DNA of 64,000 bases, from assembly GCA_047967505.1 (NCBI GenBank), contig CM106538.1. One strand, given 5' to 3'. The stretch's first letter is position 1, and each line of letters starts with the position of its first letter. Below are positions 34,976 to 47,823 of this stretch, one piece after another. A program made the position numbers and the translations under genes. Under the pieces are notes generated by a model. That model was not told where the DNA came from. It saw only the letters and a list, made by a program, of their open reading frames with translations, and did no database searches. This DNA is from Dipteris shenzhenensis. Lineage: Eukaryota.

Positions 34976-35423
34976 CCTGCATGCGCAGCATCACGCCGCC
35001 GGTTTTCTGCCTTTTTCCGCTGCCAGCCCTTGGCCTCTGTCGCTGCCAGGTTCTGCCCCTTTATAGCCCTGTTGGTGTTGCCTCGCCTGCTCCTTTCCAG
35101 CCTGCAACGGGAGCACAGCTTCAGCCAGCCTTTCGGTCGACAAACAAGGGAACTGCAACAGTTTTCGCCATTATTTTCCTGCTAAATCAGCAACACTTGC
35201 AGCCTCCTCTCGCAATGAAGACAGCCCGTTGACAGCCCGGACCAGACCAGCCTCGAGCACTCCTCGCAAAACACTGCAACATGGACCTCCGGACAACGAT
35301 TTGCAGCCTTCTTCTACGCAATCATTTGGCAGATTAAAGAATTGCCAGGTGGAGTCTTTCCAATCTGCTTTTTCAGGATTCTTTTTAACAAATTACAGCA
35401 AATGAAAGAATCCACATTAAAGC

Positions 35424-36068
35424 ATGGAAACCCCTGGTAATTCACCCGGCCATTCAAGGACACCTCAGGCACCTGCTACTACACAATATCGTGTTCAAAT
35501 TGCACAGCCAGCCCATTTTGGAGCCTTTGCATCTTGGGTCTTCTGTGTCACGTGCCCTCCGAGTGACTTGGATCACATCCTCTACCTTCTGCGTGAGGCA
35601 CCTCAATTACATTTTTTCCTCAGCACAGTACAGGTTGTGTTCCACGAGACACGAAGATATCCGGAACACGATATTCCTCAGGAGTTTGCTGTTCATTTTT
35701 GGAGAGAGTTCTACCCTTCACCTTCGGCATCCCTAGGGTACTCTCCACCTCCTTCAGCTCCCCGATATCCTCCTCTACAGGGTGTACCTTCTCCAAGTCA
35801 GTATTTACATCCTGAAGGCACTCCCTCCCCTGGATATCCTCCTCTTCCGACAGCAGCTCCTTATCCTTTTTCAGATCCGTGGACTCTGCTACCTACCCCT
35901 GTCTTATCACGAGCAGTAACACCTTTTTCAGAATCTCCAGTGTTACCTCCGACAGGACCTCCCTTACCAGATTTCCACGGGTGGTTCCATCCTGCCTCGC
36001 CTACCCCCTCCAATATGAGCAACCTCAGGGAGCAGCCCGAATCCTCTTTCAGGGATGGTACAAACTAG
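35424..36068 (+). CDS. Extra ORF upstream of gag in Gypsy B (214 aa, Pro-rich C-terminal half)
   Basis: ATG-initiated uninterrupted ORF whose end overlaps the gag start by 14 nt; no family recognised. Confidence 0.55.
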   Translation: METPGNSPGHSRTPQAPATTQYRVQIAQPAHFGAFASWVFCVTCPPSDLDHILYLLREAPQLHFFLSTVQVVFHETRRYPEHDIPQEFAVHFWREFYPSPSASLGYSPPPSAPRYPPLQGVPSPSQYLHPEGTPSPGYPPLPTAAPYPFSDPWTLLPTPVLSRAVTPFSESPVLPPTGPPLPDFHGWFHPASPTPSNMSNLREQPESSFRDGTN

Positions 36069-39000
36069 AGCGCAAGTTCGCGCCTCTCTCACAGGGATTT
36101 CCGACATGTCGCACCGCTCGCGTGAAGCCTCTCCCGAGATTAAAGAATCAAGTCCCAAAAAGACCCCTGAAGGCAACACCCAAAGTGAATCTCTATTGCA
36201 ACTTCAAATATCTCAGCTTCAGGACAGCATCTCCGCCGACCTGGTTCAAAAAGTTCAACAACTCCAAGATTCTCGAAGTCCAGCACATACAGAGGACGAC
36301 GTGACGCAACCCGACGACGATGCGGACTCTTTCCCCCCCGAGGTAGAAAATACTGAACTGCGTACTCTCTACCGATTACTTCAAGCTTCCAAAACAAAAC
36401 GACTTGACGTCAAACTTTCGGAAGCCTACACTGGTCAACGTAATCGCCGAACTGTTGACCAATGGCTCGCTAAAATGCGCATGTATTTTGACACTGTTGA
36501 CCTCACGGAAGGGAAAAAGATCGCCTTGGCAGCCTCCCTCCTGAAGGATACAGCATTTCTATGGTGGCAAAGACGCTTAAAGGACGGAAAAAGTGTGTTA
36601 ACTTGGGAACGTTTTGAACACGTGCTCCGTAAGCAGTTTGTACCTGCCAATGCGGACTTCCAAGCACGATCAAAACTTCGACAATTGGAGCAAACGGGTT
36701 CCCTGTCTTCTTATATCTCTCAGTTCACCACATTGGTGCTAGAGATTGATGGTTTAACTGAGGATGATCGCCTTCATGCTTTCATCTCAGGCCTACAATC
36801 CTCGTTACGCATTGATGTTCTTAAAGCCAATATCACCACCACAGATGGCGCTATTGCTTACGCAGAGCGCATTACAGATTTCCTCAACACAGGGAAGCAG
36901 AGTGCTACTCGCACACAGAACTCTCCTATGGCCAAAGGTGCTCGCCCTCAAGAAAACACCAGGTTTCGCAAAAACTTCGGTAATCAAGGTCAGCGACAGT
37001 CTCAAGATCCCCAGAAGCCTCAGAAATCATTTGCTGGATTCCAACAGAAGCACTCCCCCAAGGATCGTGTTTCTTCTTCTTCACAAAGTCATTACCGACA
37101 GCCCCAACATAAAGGTGCGGCCACTGACAAGAAGAACAACTCCAGCTCAAAAGGACTTTGTACCATCTGTACAGGCGACCATAGATGGTTCGATTGTCCC
37201 AAGCGACCAAAGCAAAATTCTAATATGGAACCTAGCACTTCCCCAAAAGAAGATGCTACCTCAGCACAAGACAAGAAAGGCAAAGCTGTTCGAATGGCGA
37301 ATACCATCCACCTGAGCCTTGCCAGCAACCCCGAACCTTCCCTGGCTACTCAAGTACTTTGTGTTCAAGGATCGATTCGTGGAACAACGGTCACCATTCT
37401 CATCGACAGTGGCTGTTCTCATAATTTCCTAGCCAGTTCTGTGGTCGATAAACTTCGGTTGACCACCAGTCCTAGCCTCATGGACTATCAGATTGAACTC
37501 GCAAATGGAACAACTTTCTTGTGCAACACCAGGATCAAAAACTTGTCTTTTCGCATCCAACATTATACGGACAAGTTGAACTTCGACATTATGCCCCTCT
37601 TTCTCGGTACGATGTCATACTCGGACAACAATGGCTCTACGACTATGATCCATCAATCAGTTTTCGCAGCCATACTATCCAGTTTGTCCACCAGGGAAAA
37701 CTTATTGAGCTTTGACAGCCATAAACATTATGATATCCAAACCCGATATCCGGTCTATGATAAGGAGTTTCTTGCTGTTGTACATGCTTATCGCTCTTGG
37801 AAACATTATCTCATGGGTGCCGACTCTGTGGTCAAGACAGACCATCACTCTCTCAAGTACATCTTTACTCAGCCAGTCATGAACGCTCGACAAGCACGCT
37901 GGGTTGAGTTTCTGGCCAACTTTCACATGACCATTGAGTACATACCAGGACTACGCAATGTAGTTGCAGATGCTCTCAGCAAGTTACCTCTAGCATCAGC
38001 CATGGTAATCTCTACATTATCTGTGGATGTTCCGAATTCATTCAAAGGAAAGTATTTCAATGATAAAGACTTCGGCACCGCAGTACAGGTTCTTTCCAAA
38101 GATCAACCTTCGACTTCCGAACAAAAGATTTTCTCATCCTATTCTTATACGGACGACCTTCTGTATTATCAAGATCGCGTCTGTGTACCACATGACAAGG
38201 ATGTTCGACGTCTTTTGTTAAAAGAGCATCATGTAGTTCCTTATGCTGCCCATCCAGGCATCAATAAGACTTATCGGTTACTCAGTGCCACATACTACTG
38301 GCCTCAGATGAAAAGAGATGTCATCAACATGGTTACATCTTGCTTATCATGTCAACAAATGAAAGCAAGTCGACGACTTCCTACAGGACTTCTTCAACCT
38401 CTTCCAGTTCCAACTGAAAGGTGGGAAAGTATTTCCATGGATTTCATTACAACACTACCACGATCCTCCAGAGGTAATACTCAGATTATGGTAATTGTTG
38501 ATCGCTTGTCCAAATTGGCACACTTTGTTGCTTGCAAAAGCAGTGCACAGGCCCCGGACATAGCCAAACTCTTTATACAACACATCTTCCGACACCATGG
38601 ATTACCCAAGAATATCATATCCGACAGAGATCCTAAGTTTAGCAGTCACTTTTGGATTTCACTGTTCGAATCTTTGGGTACTACTCTCTGTTCAGTTCAG
38701 CTTACCACCGAGAATTAGATGGACAGACTGAAAGAGTCAACCAAGTTCTTGAAGAAATGCTTCGAAATTATGTTCAGTCACGCCTCGCAGCCTGGGAAGA
38801 GTATCTACCACTCCTCGAGTTTGCTTATAATAACTCTTTCCATAGTGCCATCAGCATGACTCCATTCCAAGCAGCTTATGGACACACTCCGATTGTACCA
38901 ACAAATTTTGTACTTCAACATCGAGTGGCCCTAGCTGATCAACTGGTTCAAGAAATGCAAGACATTTTACTGCAAGTCAGGGATCATATGCGAAAAGCGC

Positions 39001-39490
39001 AAGAGCGGTATCAACGGTCTGCCAACAAACATAGACGTCACCTGGAATTTAACACTGGTGACATGGTGCTATTATTTGTAGCCCCACATCGCTATAAGAC
39101 GGTTAAGTCTGTGTTTCCTAAGTTGCGACCCAGATACTATGGACCTTTCCGGATCGTCAAGAAAAATTCACCTTTAAGTTATAAATTGGAATTACCACCA
39201 TCATGGGGTAAAATCCATCCAACATTTCATATTTCTTGGCTAAAGACGTACATTCTAGGCGATGAAGTAGTTCCTCCTGTAGGTGATTATGTCCCAGAAA
39301 TCGAAGACGATTATGTTCTCCTTATTCCTGAGCGTATTCTGGACCATCGATAGCGAGAGACTCGACATCGACTTATCACGGAATTCCTTGTTCTTTGGCG
39401 AGATCTGGACGACTCCGACGCTACTTGGCAGTCCGATGAAGACTTACAGCAGTACCCTGATCTTTTACAGCAGTATTTTCAGAATCTACC
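36055..39490 (+). pseudogene. Gypsy B gag-pol: gag, zinc knuckle, protease, [RT deleted], RNase H C-half, integrase, chromodomain
   Basis: AFLWW..WERF gag; CTICTGDHRWFDC; LIDSGCSHNF; YDKEFLAV..WKHYL; HPG..CLSCQ, SMDFI, IISDRD, DGQTERVNQ, YYGPF; PERILDHR*...FLVLW...ATW. Confidence 0.93.
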
Positions 39491-39550
39491 ATGATATTTT
39501 CTACATCGGTTCATTATCTCCACCAGGGTCTTCTTTTGAGTGGGAGGGGA

Positions 39551-39855
39551 TGTCACGATCTGTGACGTATTCCTTTCTCTTTCTAGACTTATGGATGGTT
39601 TAATGAATGGACACTTGTGGAAGGGTATGACCTTTCGACGGGACGCTTGCCCTTTCGACGGGACACTCCTTAATGAGGCACAACCCTTCACAAGAGACAT
39701 TCTAATGAAGAGACATTCCTATTGTAATGTACCCTCTCATCAAGGGTCACACCCTTCACAAGGGGTACACACCTTTTCATGCACATACCCTTTGGAGTTC
39801 ACACCTTTTCATGTGTGACTCTTCACTCTCTATATAAGAGAGGCCAAATTGTATG
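39551..39855 (+). repeat. 3' LTR of Gypsy B, last 125 bp missing
   Basis: Matches 33694-33998, then switches abruptly to L1 sequence. Confidence 0.93.
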
Positions 39856-41468
39856 TACCTCTCACGTGAATGTGGATTATGCCTTGAGGGCATCTGATCA
39901 TTTTCCTGTCTTCATGACCTTGGGTTTTGGCTTGGCAGTGAATGATGTGCCGTTGCCTTCCAAAAGGTATATTGGTGAACAATTTATATCTGCAGCACTA
40001 CCCCTTCTCAGTCATGGTCAAGGGCCTCATTACTAGACTCACTCTGCACTCTTTGGTAGATCTGGATTGCGCATGGAAGCAATTTTCTTTGGGAATGCAG
40101 TTTTTGATTAAAGAGTACGGCAGGTGTTACCTCGGTGATTTATGGGCTAAAGTGGCTGATGCAAAGCTTTAGATTCAACATCTTTCTACTGTGATGCAGC
40201 AACACAGATTGTCTTCCAATGAACAAGCTGATTTTCATGCTGCTCTTAATTGCTTGGCTCAAAATGATCAAAGCAAATTAAGGAAATGACAGCTCTGGTC
40301 CTGCCAAAAAGCCATGCAGGATATGGGCTATTCATCCAAAATCTTTTTTTAAAAGTCTTCATACTTCTCGTAGAATGCATTCTCTGCATCGTGTCTTGCG
40401 TCCAGATGGTTCTTGGACAATAAATAATCATCAGCTTGATGAGGTGGTTCATCATTATTTTGCGGACTTATTTGCTGCTCCTTCGCCCTCTTCATCTGCC
40501 GAATGTGCCTCTCGAACTGTTTTTCTTCAACATGTCCATCCAATCCTGTCTTTGGAGGAGGCTGATTCACTAGAATTGCCATTTACAGATGCTGAACTTA
40601 AAGGGGCATTGGCTAAATTGGGACGGTTCTAAATCACTAGGTTGGGATGGCCTCACGGTGGAATTCTCTACTAAATTTTGGGACCAAATGAGTCCTCTTC
40701 TTTTACGCATGATTAATGATGCTTTGCTATCTGGTATTTTGCCCTCTTCTTGAAAGAAAGGTCTACTGCGTTTGGTTCCGAAGAGGCCTCTATGTTAGCA
40801 TCTTCTGATTGGAGGCGAATCACCTTGATGCCTGTGATTTATAAGATCATCTCTAAAATGTTGGGCTTATGTACCTCACAGATCTTATATAGAGGCTTGC
40901 GGCGTAATATGGATTTGTGCCTCGCAGGCAAATCATGGCTAATATCGTAAATACTTATGTTGGTATCGAATATGCCAATCTTCGCATTGTCCATCTTGTT
41001 TGCATCCGAGGGAGACAGTCCATCATCTACTCTAGACCTGCCCAGTTTCCTGTGACTTTCTTCCCAGACTGGGGACTTTTCTTCGTGCCCATTTTCCTTG
41101 TTTTGCTATTGGCAAGCAGTTTTGGTTGTTTGGGAGATATACTACCACCCCTGACTACATCCAGTTTTTCAGTTGGTGTCGTTATTGGGCCCTATGGTCA
41201 CACACTCACGCCCATACTTCTTGGCTTTATGGACACTTTGCTGTGGATGTGTACCATTTCTTCCGTTCGCTCCTGCTTTGTTCTCTGCAGGATGCACATT
41301 GCATGGGAGATCTTTCGGCGGTCCAGCTAGAAGTGTTTTTTGAGTGCTTTCAGTTCTTTTGTACTAGCTCTTCTTCACTAGAGCAGCTTTTCCTGCTTTT
41401 TCTTTCAGTATTTTATTCTGAGCAGCTATGAATGTAAATGTTTCCTTAATGCAAGATTTCTTCTACCA

Positions 41469-41473
<5 letters not shown>
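39856..41473 (+). mobile_element. L1-like LINE fragment (end of EN, start of RT, jump to C-terminal zinc finger and 3' end)
   Basis: ASDHFPV, DWRRITLMPVIYKIISK, GFVPRRQI, then CPSCLHPRETVHH; ends at a (GT)n tract. Confidence 0.82.
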
Positions 41474-41500
<27 letters not shown>

Positions 41501-41812
41501 AGCTGTCCCACTTTGGGACAGCTAGGAATGTAAATGCTTTCTTAATGCAAAGTTCTTTTTACCCCCAAAAGAAATGTGTATGTGTGGTTTATCCAAATTT
41601 TCACTTTAAAAAAAAACGTGTGTGGTTTATCCAAAACTGATTTTTCCTTTCTTCAAAACATGATTGAATGTCAACAGCAAATTGGAATTTTTGGATTGTG
41701 ACCTCAAGTTCCTCTATGATCGAGCATTAGAGGTCATGCTATGTTGTGTCCAACACATCTTTTACATGGCTGGGGATTTCAAGCTTCTATCACGTTTTGT
41801 TATTTTGAATGA

Positions 41813-41927
41813 TTGAGCAGTGTTAGTGTAAATATTGTGAGTTTCCCTATGTTGAGCAGTGTTAGTGTAAATATTGTTAGTGTAAATATTGAGCAGTGTT
41901 AGTGTAAATATTGTGAGTTTCCCTATG
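41813..41927. repeat. Three-copy minisatellite of about 39 bp just upstream of the large exon
   Basis: ttgagcagtgttagtgtaaatattgtgagtttccctatg twice, with a rearranged middle copy. Confidence 0.93.
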
Positions 41928-41985
41928 CTACGGCATCAACCTTTCTGTTGTTTTCTTAATTTATGGGGATTGTTCTTGTATGCAG

Positions 41986-44900
41986 TGTCTTGCTCTCCAT
42001 TATGGCTCCACATCTACCTCTTCCTCTTGGCATCGATCTTCGTAGAGGTGTGGCAGAAAAAGCTATTGAAAATGTATCTATGGCAGATAAACAGGGAGCA
42101 GTAGATAACTGTATTCCAAAGGTAAATCACAACATGTCAAAAAATACGGAGGAAGAAGCAGCGATGAGGACTGATGCCCAGCCTTGTTGTGATGCCCTTG
42201 AAGATCCAATTCCTTTCCTTCCTACAGAGCTGAAAGTAATAAAATGGCAGAGTTTTGCAAATCCTCCTTCAAATAGTCAAGGCTTTGGCCAGTTTGGTTT
42301 GAAAGGGGAGTCAAAGACTGAAGGGGAAATAAAGGACAGTCTGGCAGTTGGAACCTTGCTACTGGATACTGGTAATTCAAATCTGTTTTTCAATCTTCAA
42401 GCAGAGTACCTGCAACTTGTCAACTACCAGGATCGGGAACTTAGAGCCTCTGAATTCATCCAGTTTGCAATGGATTTACACTCTCAAGAGGATATCAATG
42501 TGGAAGGTCACCATGCTGCGATTGATGCTCTGCTGCTAGCAGCTGAATGCCATTTGAATCCCTTTTTTATGCTTCATCCAACCGACTATCAACAACTGTT
42601 TGATAGGGTTCAAATTGCCAAGAAAAATGCTTGTACACTTGAAGCTAGTAACCGGTCTAGGAGAGTTGATAGGAGGGTAACTGGGATGGACTTAATTGCC
42701 GCCCTTGAAGAAGAAAGAGATAAGGCCGTTCTTGAAATTCTTTTGAAGGCTGCAGAATGGGAGAGTCAAGTGATAGGAAAGGCTTATGGGCATAGCCTTA
42801 TTTCTGAGCAGTCACTATCAAGGGAAGACAATGATAGATTTGGAGGAAATTTAGATTTTGGTGAAGGTCCCACACCAGAAGATGCAACCACTATTGTACG
42901 AAAAAATCAGAAACTTCTGTCCAAATTTTTGGTCATCCAGATACAGAAAGAACGAAATAACATGTATGAGGTTCTTTTGCAGGGGCTTCTTTTCTTGCTA
43001 TACTCTGCCACACAGTTGTCTTGCCCTCCAGAGTTGATTGTGGATATCATTTTAAAAAGTGCAGAGCGGCTTAATGTCTCTCTTATTTCTAACCATAAGC
43101 GACTTAAAGAAGGGCATGCTGATTTAGCATCAGCTGCAGTTCATCGCATACGTAGGCAATGGGCATTGTTGGAAAGATTGGTGATTGCTGCAAGTGGCGG
43201 TGGGTCACAGGAGGATGAGGAAGAGATTGCCTTTTCCAGATTAGTACACTACAAGGATTTGGTGCCAGCTTCTGCTTGGATGGCTAGAATAGCAGAGTTT
43301 TCATCATCATCATTTCCTTTTGTTCGATATGTAGGATGGAAAGGGTTAGCTCGCTTTGCCAAATGTCAACGGCAAACTGGTCTCCTTCTTGCCTCTGATA
43401 TGCTACAATTGTCCTCCTTGTTGTCAATTTTTGCAGATGAGCTGACCTCCTCAACCATTTTAACAGCAGAGAAAACTTGTGAATCATTGCACTTGCAAGC
43501 AGGATTGAGACCTTCTGAAAGTAGCCAAGGAATGTTAAAGCAATCAGGCTCTGATCAGAGTAACCAATGTGATCCTGGAGATGTTTCTACTGTTCTCTAT
43601 CCAGAGCTGGATCTCGTTTCTCCCAGCTTGAGAAAACAGTTTACTCTTTTTGCACAGGCCATGCTCGAGACAGTGTGCTTGCAGCTAAGAGGCATCCCCG
43701 CTTCTTCTGTTCCTGATATCTTGAGCTGGTTTTCAGAGCTCTGCTGCTGTCCATTCTCCAAGCTTGGTTTGGAAAGAATCCCCAGCACACCAGGAGAGTG
43801 TTCAGAGGTCAAGGGATATGCTGCAGCAAATGTCAAGTTTGTTATACTTAATCTATTGGAGGTTATAGTGGGAGAGCATATGGAATCTCTTGTACCAGAG
43901 CTTCCAAGGGTTCTTGGTGTGATTTTATCATTATGCCAGAGCTGTTATTGTGATGTTACTCTACTCGATTGTGTGCTTACGGCTCTCAAGCCAATCATAT
44001 CTTGTGCAGTAGCTTCTGCAGCTGCCTCTGAATTTGAAGTAGACGATAACCCTACTGCCATGACTTTTGAGTCATTGTGCTTTGATTCACTGATGGAACA
44101 ACTTAGGAACGGTCCAGATACAAAGAATGAAGTTAAAGGGCAAGGATCACAGGGAGCATTACTGCTCTTTCTTTCTGGTTCTGTTCTGTCTGATCTTTCT
44201 TCTGCAAGGAGAAATGAGCTCATGCATTTGCTTATGCGGTGGGTGGAATTTACGAGGTACAGCCCTACCACCTCGTATCACAACTATCTGTGTGCATTTC
44301 AAAAGATTCTTGAAGCATGTGAATCACTCGTCCAAAAGGCCTTGGATGAGAGAGGAATTTTTTTCGAGAAAGAAGAAGCATCAAAGCACCATCCTGAGAA
44401 GGAATTAAAAGAGCCTGCAGAAACCTCATATTTTCCCCATTCAAACAGTGATACAAGAACAACCTTATGTTCACAAACAGTTGACAAGATGCAATATGAA
44501 GAGAACGCTCTAGAAAGTATTCAGCATGGTTTTACTGAGGCAAAGACTGTAATGATGCCTATGAATGAAGCTATCTTAAGTGCTGAAGGCCGTGGTATAT
44601 TACCCAAGGGGGATAATCTACTCTTGTTCTCAAGCATTTCTGAACTAGAGGACTTTGAAAAGTGCTTGCAGGCTTTGGTATTTGCGCTTGGAACTCACCT
44701 TGAAACTGTATGGAAACTGCATTCTCATCTGGCAAAGAAACTCACAATCATGGCAGCTGGGTGTTTAATGAGTACCAGTCTCCTGTCGAAGACATATGCT
44801 GGAAATTTTGTTTCTATGCAAAAAAATGTGGGCATGGTTGAGATGAACTCATCTGCAGCTAAGGCAAGGCAGCAGGTCCCTGTTTTCCATGAATCTGTCC

Positions 44901-45686
44901 TCGAAACTGTTGCACAGGCTGTGATGACGTTCCAACATTCTGATTGTTGGCAAGTTGGAGCTTGTACAATGGAGTTTGTTCTGTCCCTTCCAACATCTAT
45001 AAAGTTCTCAGAAATTCTTCTTTCACTGTTTCAAGCTTTGCAGTTTCAGTGCACCCATGCACCAAGGGTTTCCTGGAGACAGTCGGCAATGAAATGGCTG
45101 TCAAGAATACTTACCCGAATAGTCCCTGATAAGCCAAACTTTTTATCTGCTCCCTTGACAGACCTTTTAGGGATTCTCTTGGACCACCCAGAACCAGAAC
45201 AAAGAGCTGGGGCACTTGAACAGCTAGAAAAGATGGTAGAGCCTGAACACCAAGAGAGCGGTCCCAAAGACCGAGAGAGTGGCATGACAGCAGGTATCTC
45301 ACCAACTGAACATAATAACTGGCTACATTGTAGAGAAAAGAGGACCAGCATTGAATTCATTTCAAGCATAGTGGCTGCAACATGGGACAAGGTGACTTCA
45401 CTCGCAGCCTGTGATCCGTCCTTGCGACTCAGAAGGAAAGCTATGGATATACTGCTAAGTTTCATACCCTTAGCACAACCACAACATTTGCACAAGTTTC
45501 TAAGCTCAGTTGATGCCATTCTCCCAGGTTTAGCCAAGTCTTCCTACACCATGAGTGATGCTCCTGTTACCAGGCTGTCACTGGCACTACTTTCTCGTGC
45601 TTGCCTTTATTCTTCAACAGCTGATATTAGCACAATTCCTTCGTGTGTTTGGAGCAGCTTAGAAATTTTATCAAGAACTAAACCCG
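41986..45686 (+). CDS. Host gene exon h (3701 nt; (S)VLLSIMAPHLPLP...LSRTKP)
   Basis: tgcag|T GTC completes the AG|T Ser codon from exon g across a 23,556 bp intron; CCCG|gtatgc donor; lies within the 1252 aa ORF. Confidence 0.95.
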
Positions 45687-45926
45687 GTATGCTCTACCTT
45701 TTGCTGTGGAATCGGTATTAAAATCCCCCACCTTCCCCCCACCCCCTAGAAAAACAAAAGTGGCTTTTTTCCTTGTCTATCCTTTTTCTTACACACTAGC
45801 CATTCTGTTATGCTTTGTGCTCATGTGTGCCAGCACATGGTCATGAAACTACTTGTTTCATTTTTTCAGTTTTTGGTTTCAAAGTGTTACACAATTTTAG
45901 ACATCATTAAGTAATGAAAGTTGCAG

Positions 45927-46006
45927 GAAGTATTCTTGCTGAGGCAGAATCTGCAGTATGTTCCGCTTTGTTGCAGTTGAGAGACCACGGGGAAGATGCA
46001 AAGCAG
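45927..46006 (+). CDS. Host gene exon i (GSILAEAESAVCSALLQLRDHGEDAKQ)
   Basis: ttgcag|GA ... CAG|gtgatt; phase 1 in, phase 0 out. Confidence 0.88.
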
Positions 46007-46707
46007 GTGATTATTTTTCTGCTATCATTAGTATCAGATCCTGCTGTGTCAGAGAGTCAGTGTTTGTTGTAACCGCTTTCAGTAACTAGCAAGAGAAGTT
46101 TCATGAGTAATCTAGATGGATGCTCATAATAGAAAGTGAGTTATGATGCTTGGAATATGGTATAAATGTTTATGTGAACGACATGCTATTCTTCCATCTA
46201 ATAAATTGGCCTGCTTGATTTTTTTCCCGCTTGGACATTTAAATCTATACAAATTTAAAGAGGAGTTAAAAGACTCCATTCATACAACTTGGCTCTCAGA
46301 GGCCAATTTTCTCCGATTAGGTGGGACATACCCCCCATCAGTTCTTGCAAACACCCTAACTTGCCAAGATAGCAGAACTCAAAGTTTGAATGTTTGCAAA
46401 AGAAAGCCTGATATTGCAAAAAACTGCTAAACATACAGGCCGCAGACAAAGCAGGCCTGGCAAACCTGACACTGCCTACTCTCTCTCGAACATTTGAGCA
46501 TCCAGCTGCCAAGCTCTCTAATTTCATTGTGAATGCCATATGTGCACTGTCTGCATCAGCAAAATGTAGGCTTATGTCATTTGAAGTATATGATATACAA
46601 TTATGTTTGTCACAAGGTACTTCTTGAATTTCAAACAAAGGTGCAAGAAGTTGGATTTTCAAGAAAGCTAACATGAAGATGATGCTTGTTAAATTTTTTT
46701 GTTGTAG

Positions 46708-46791
46708 TCAATTCAAGAAGCCTTATCACGACAGACGGAAATACGTCAACCCAGCCCCCAGTTTGCTGGTGTTCATGAAACGATATTGGAG
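46708..46791 (+). CDS. Host gene exon j (SIQEALSRQTEIRQPSPQFAGVHETILE)
   Basis: ttttgttgtag|TCA ... GAG|gtatca; 84 nt. Confidence 0.82.
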
Positions 46792-47301
46792 GTATCATCT
46801 GTTTCTTTATATGGTCGAAATTGAAAGTATTGCAATGTGGTTTGCATTTTTATTTGGTGATAGGAGGCACTATATTAGGTGATCATCAATGTCTTTGTCC
46901 TTTCCTCTTAAAGAGGGGGCTCCTTTAGCAGCTTTGTCTTCCTCAAGACTTCACTGCTCGGTTAAAAAAATGCATGAGAGTAGTTGGGCCTAACTGAGTT
47001 ACTAATTTGTCCTTACAAGTTTTTTGGATTTAAATGTTATTTTTTCCTGGAAATGTAGCAGTGCTTGAAATTGCCTCTTTCAAAAAAATCTCTTTAAAGC
47101 AAGAGCAACGGGTCATGTCGTTCATTGTGCAATGATGTCTTGAGCTACCTGTTGCGTTATGATCTTTGACGTGGAAGATGGCACTGTTATAACTCTCATT
47201 ATGTTCTGGTATTTGCAATGCAATCTCAAAAAAAGCTTGTACGAATGTTTCAAAGTTTGTGGAAATTGAGTTTTACTAATAGGCCTATATTGTCTGGCCA
47301 G

Positions 47302-47373
47302 GTTCTGGCAAGATTAAATGCTGTTCGGATAATGGAAGATAGTTCTATGCTTGCAGCTGAACAGGAAGCCAGG
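47302..47373 (+). CDS. Host gene exon k (VLARLNAVRIMEDSSMLAAEQEAR)
   Basis: ccag|GTT ... AGG|gtcata; 72 nt. Confidence 0.78.
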
Positions 47374-47494
47374 GTCATATTCTAAATTATAACCTTTGTT
47401 GTGGCACTAAGTATTTTTAAAGCATGCAAGGCAGTAATTCTGGTCTTTTGACAGTGGCATTGTGTGTTTGTATGTGTATGTATGTACTGTCAAG

Positions 47495-47612
47495 GAATTG
47501 GAGGAAGCAGAAATTGAACTGGAGCTATTGAAGCAGAAGCAAGCTGCACAGGCAAAAGCTAGATTTGAAGCATGCAAGACTAAACCATCAAGTAATTCGG
47601 TCTCAGCCACAG
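47495..47612 (+). CDS. Host gene exon l (ELEEAEIELELLKQKQ...SVSAT)
   Basis: caag|GAA ... ACAG|gtttgc; ends in phase 1; coiled-coil-like. Confidence 0.85.
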
Positions 47613-47823
47613 GTTTGCTTTGTCATTTTTATAAGAACCTAATCCCCTGATTATTAACCGTCTTGAGATCATAAGTAACCCAGCTGTCGATTTGTCAGCT
47701 CTATTTTTTCCACTTGCCATCCTGTATAGTAGAAGATTGATGTCCAACTTTTGATAGAGCTATCAGAAATGCATGAATATACTTGTTCTCAGTTGATGTT
47801 ATTCATTGTGTTTGGAAATGCAG

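Larger units (their letters stand above)
33694..39855 (+). mobile_element. Ty3/Gypsy chromovirus B, young, RT-deleted, 3' LTR truncated
   Basis: 5' LTR TG...CA 33694-34123; PBS TGGTATCAGAGC at 34125; PPT GAGTGGGAGGGGA; 3' LTR 39551-39855 with 4 transitions in 305 bp; gag, protease, RNase H end, integrase and chromodomain. Confidence 0.95.

Noticed and set aside
36055-38718. 887-aa ORF as an intact gag-pol
   Set aside because: No RT domain is present; the frame is kept only by a frameshift plus a deletion, and integrase continues in another frame
41963-45721. 1252-aa ORF as a stand-alone gene
   Set aside because: It is one internal exon (41986-45686); the ATG and the last codons lie in introns, and the phases match the flanking exons
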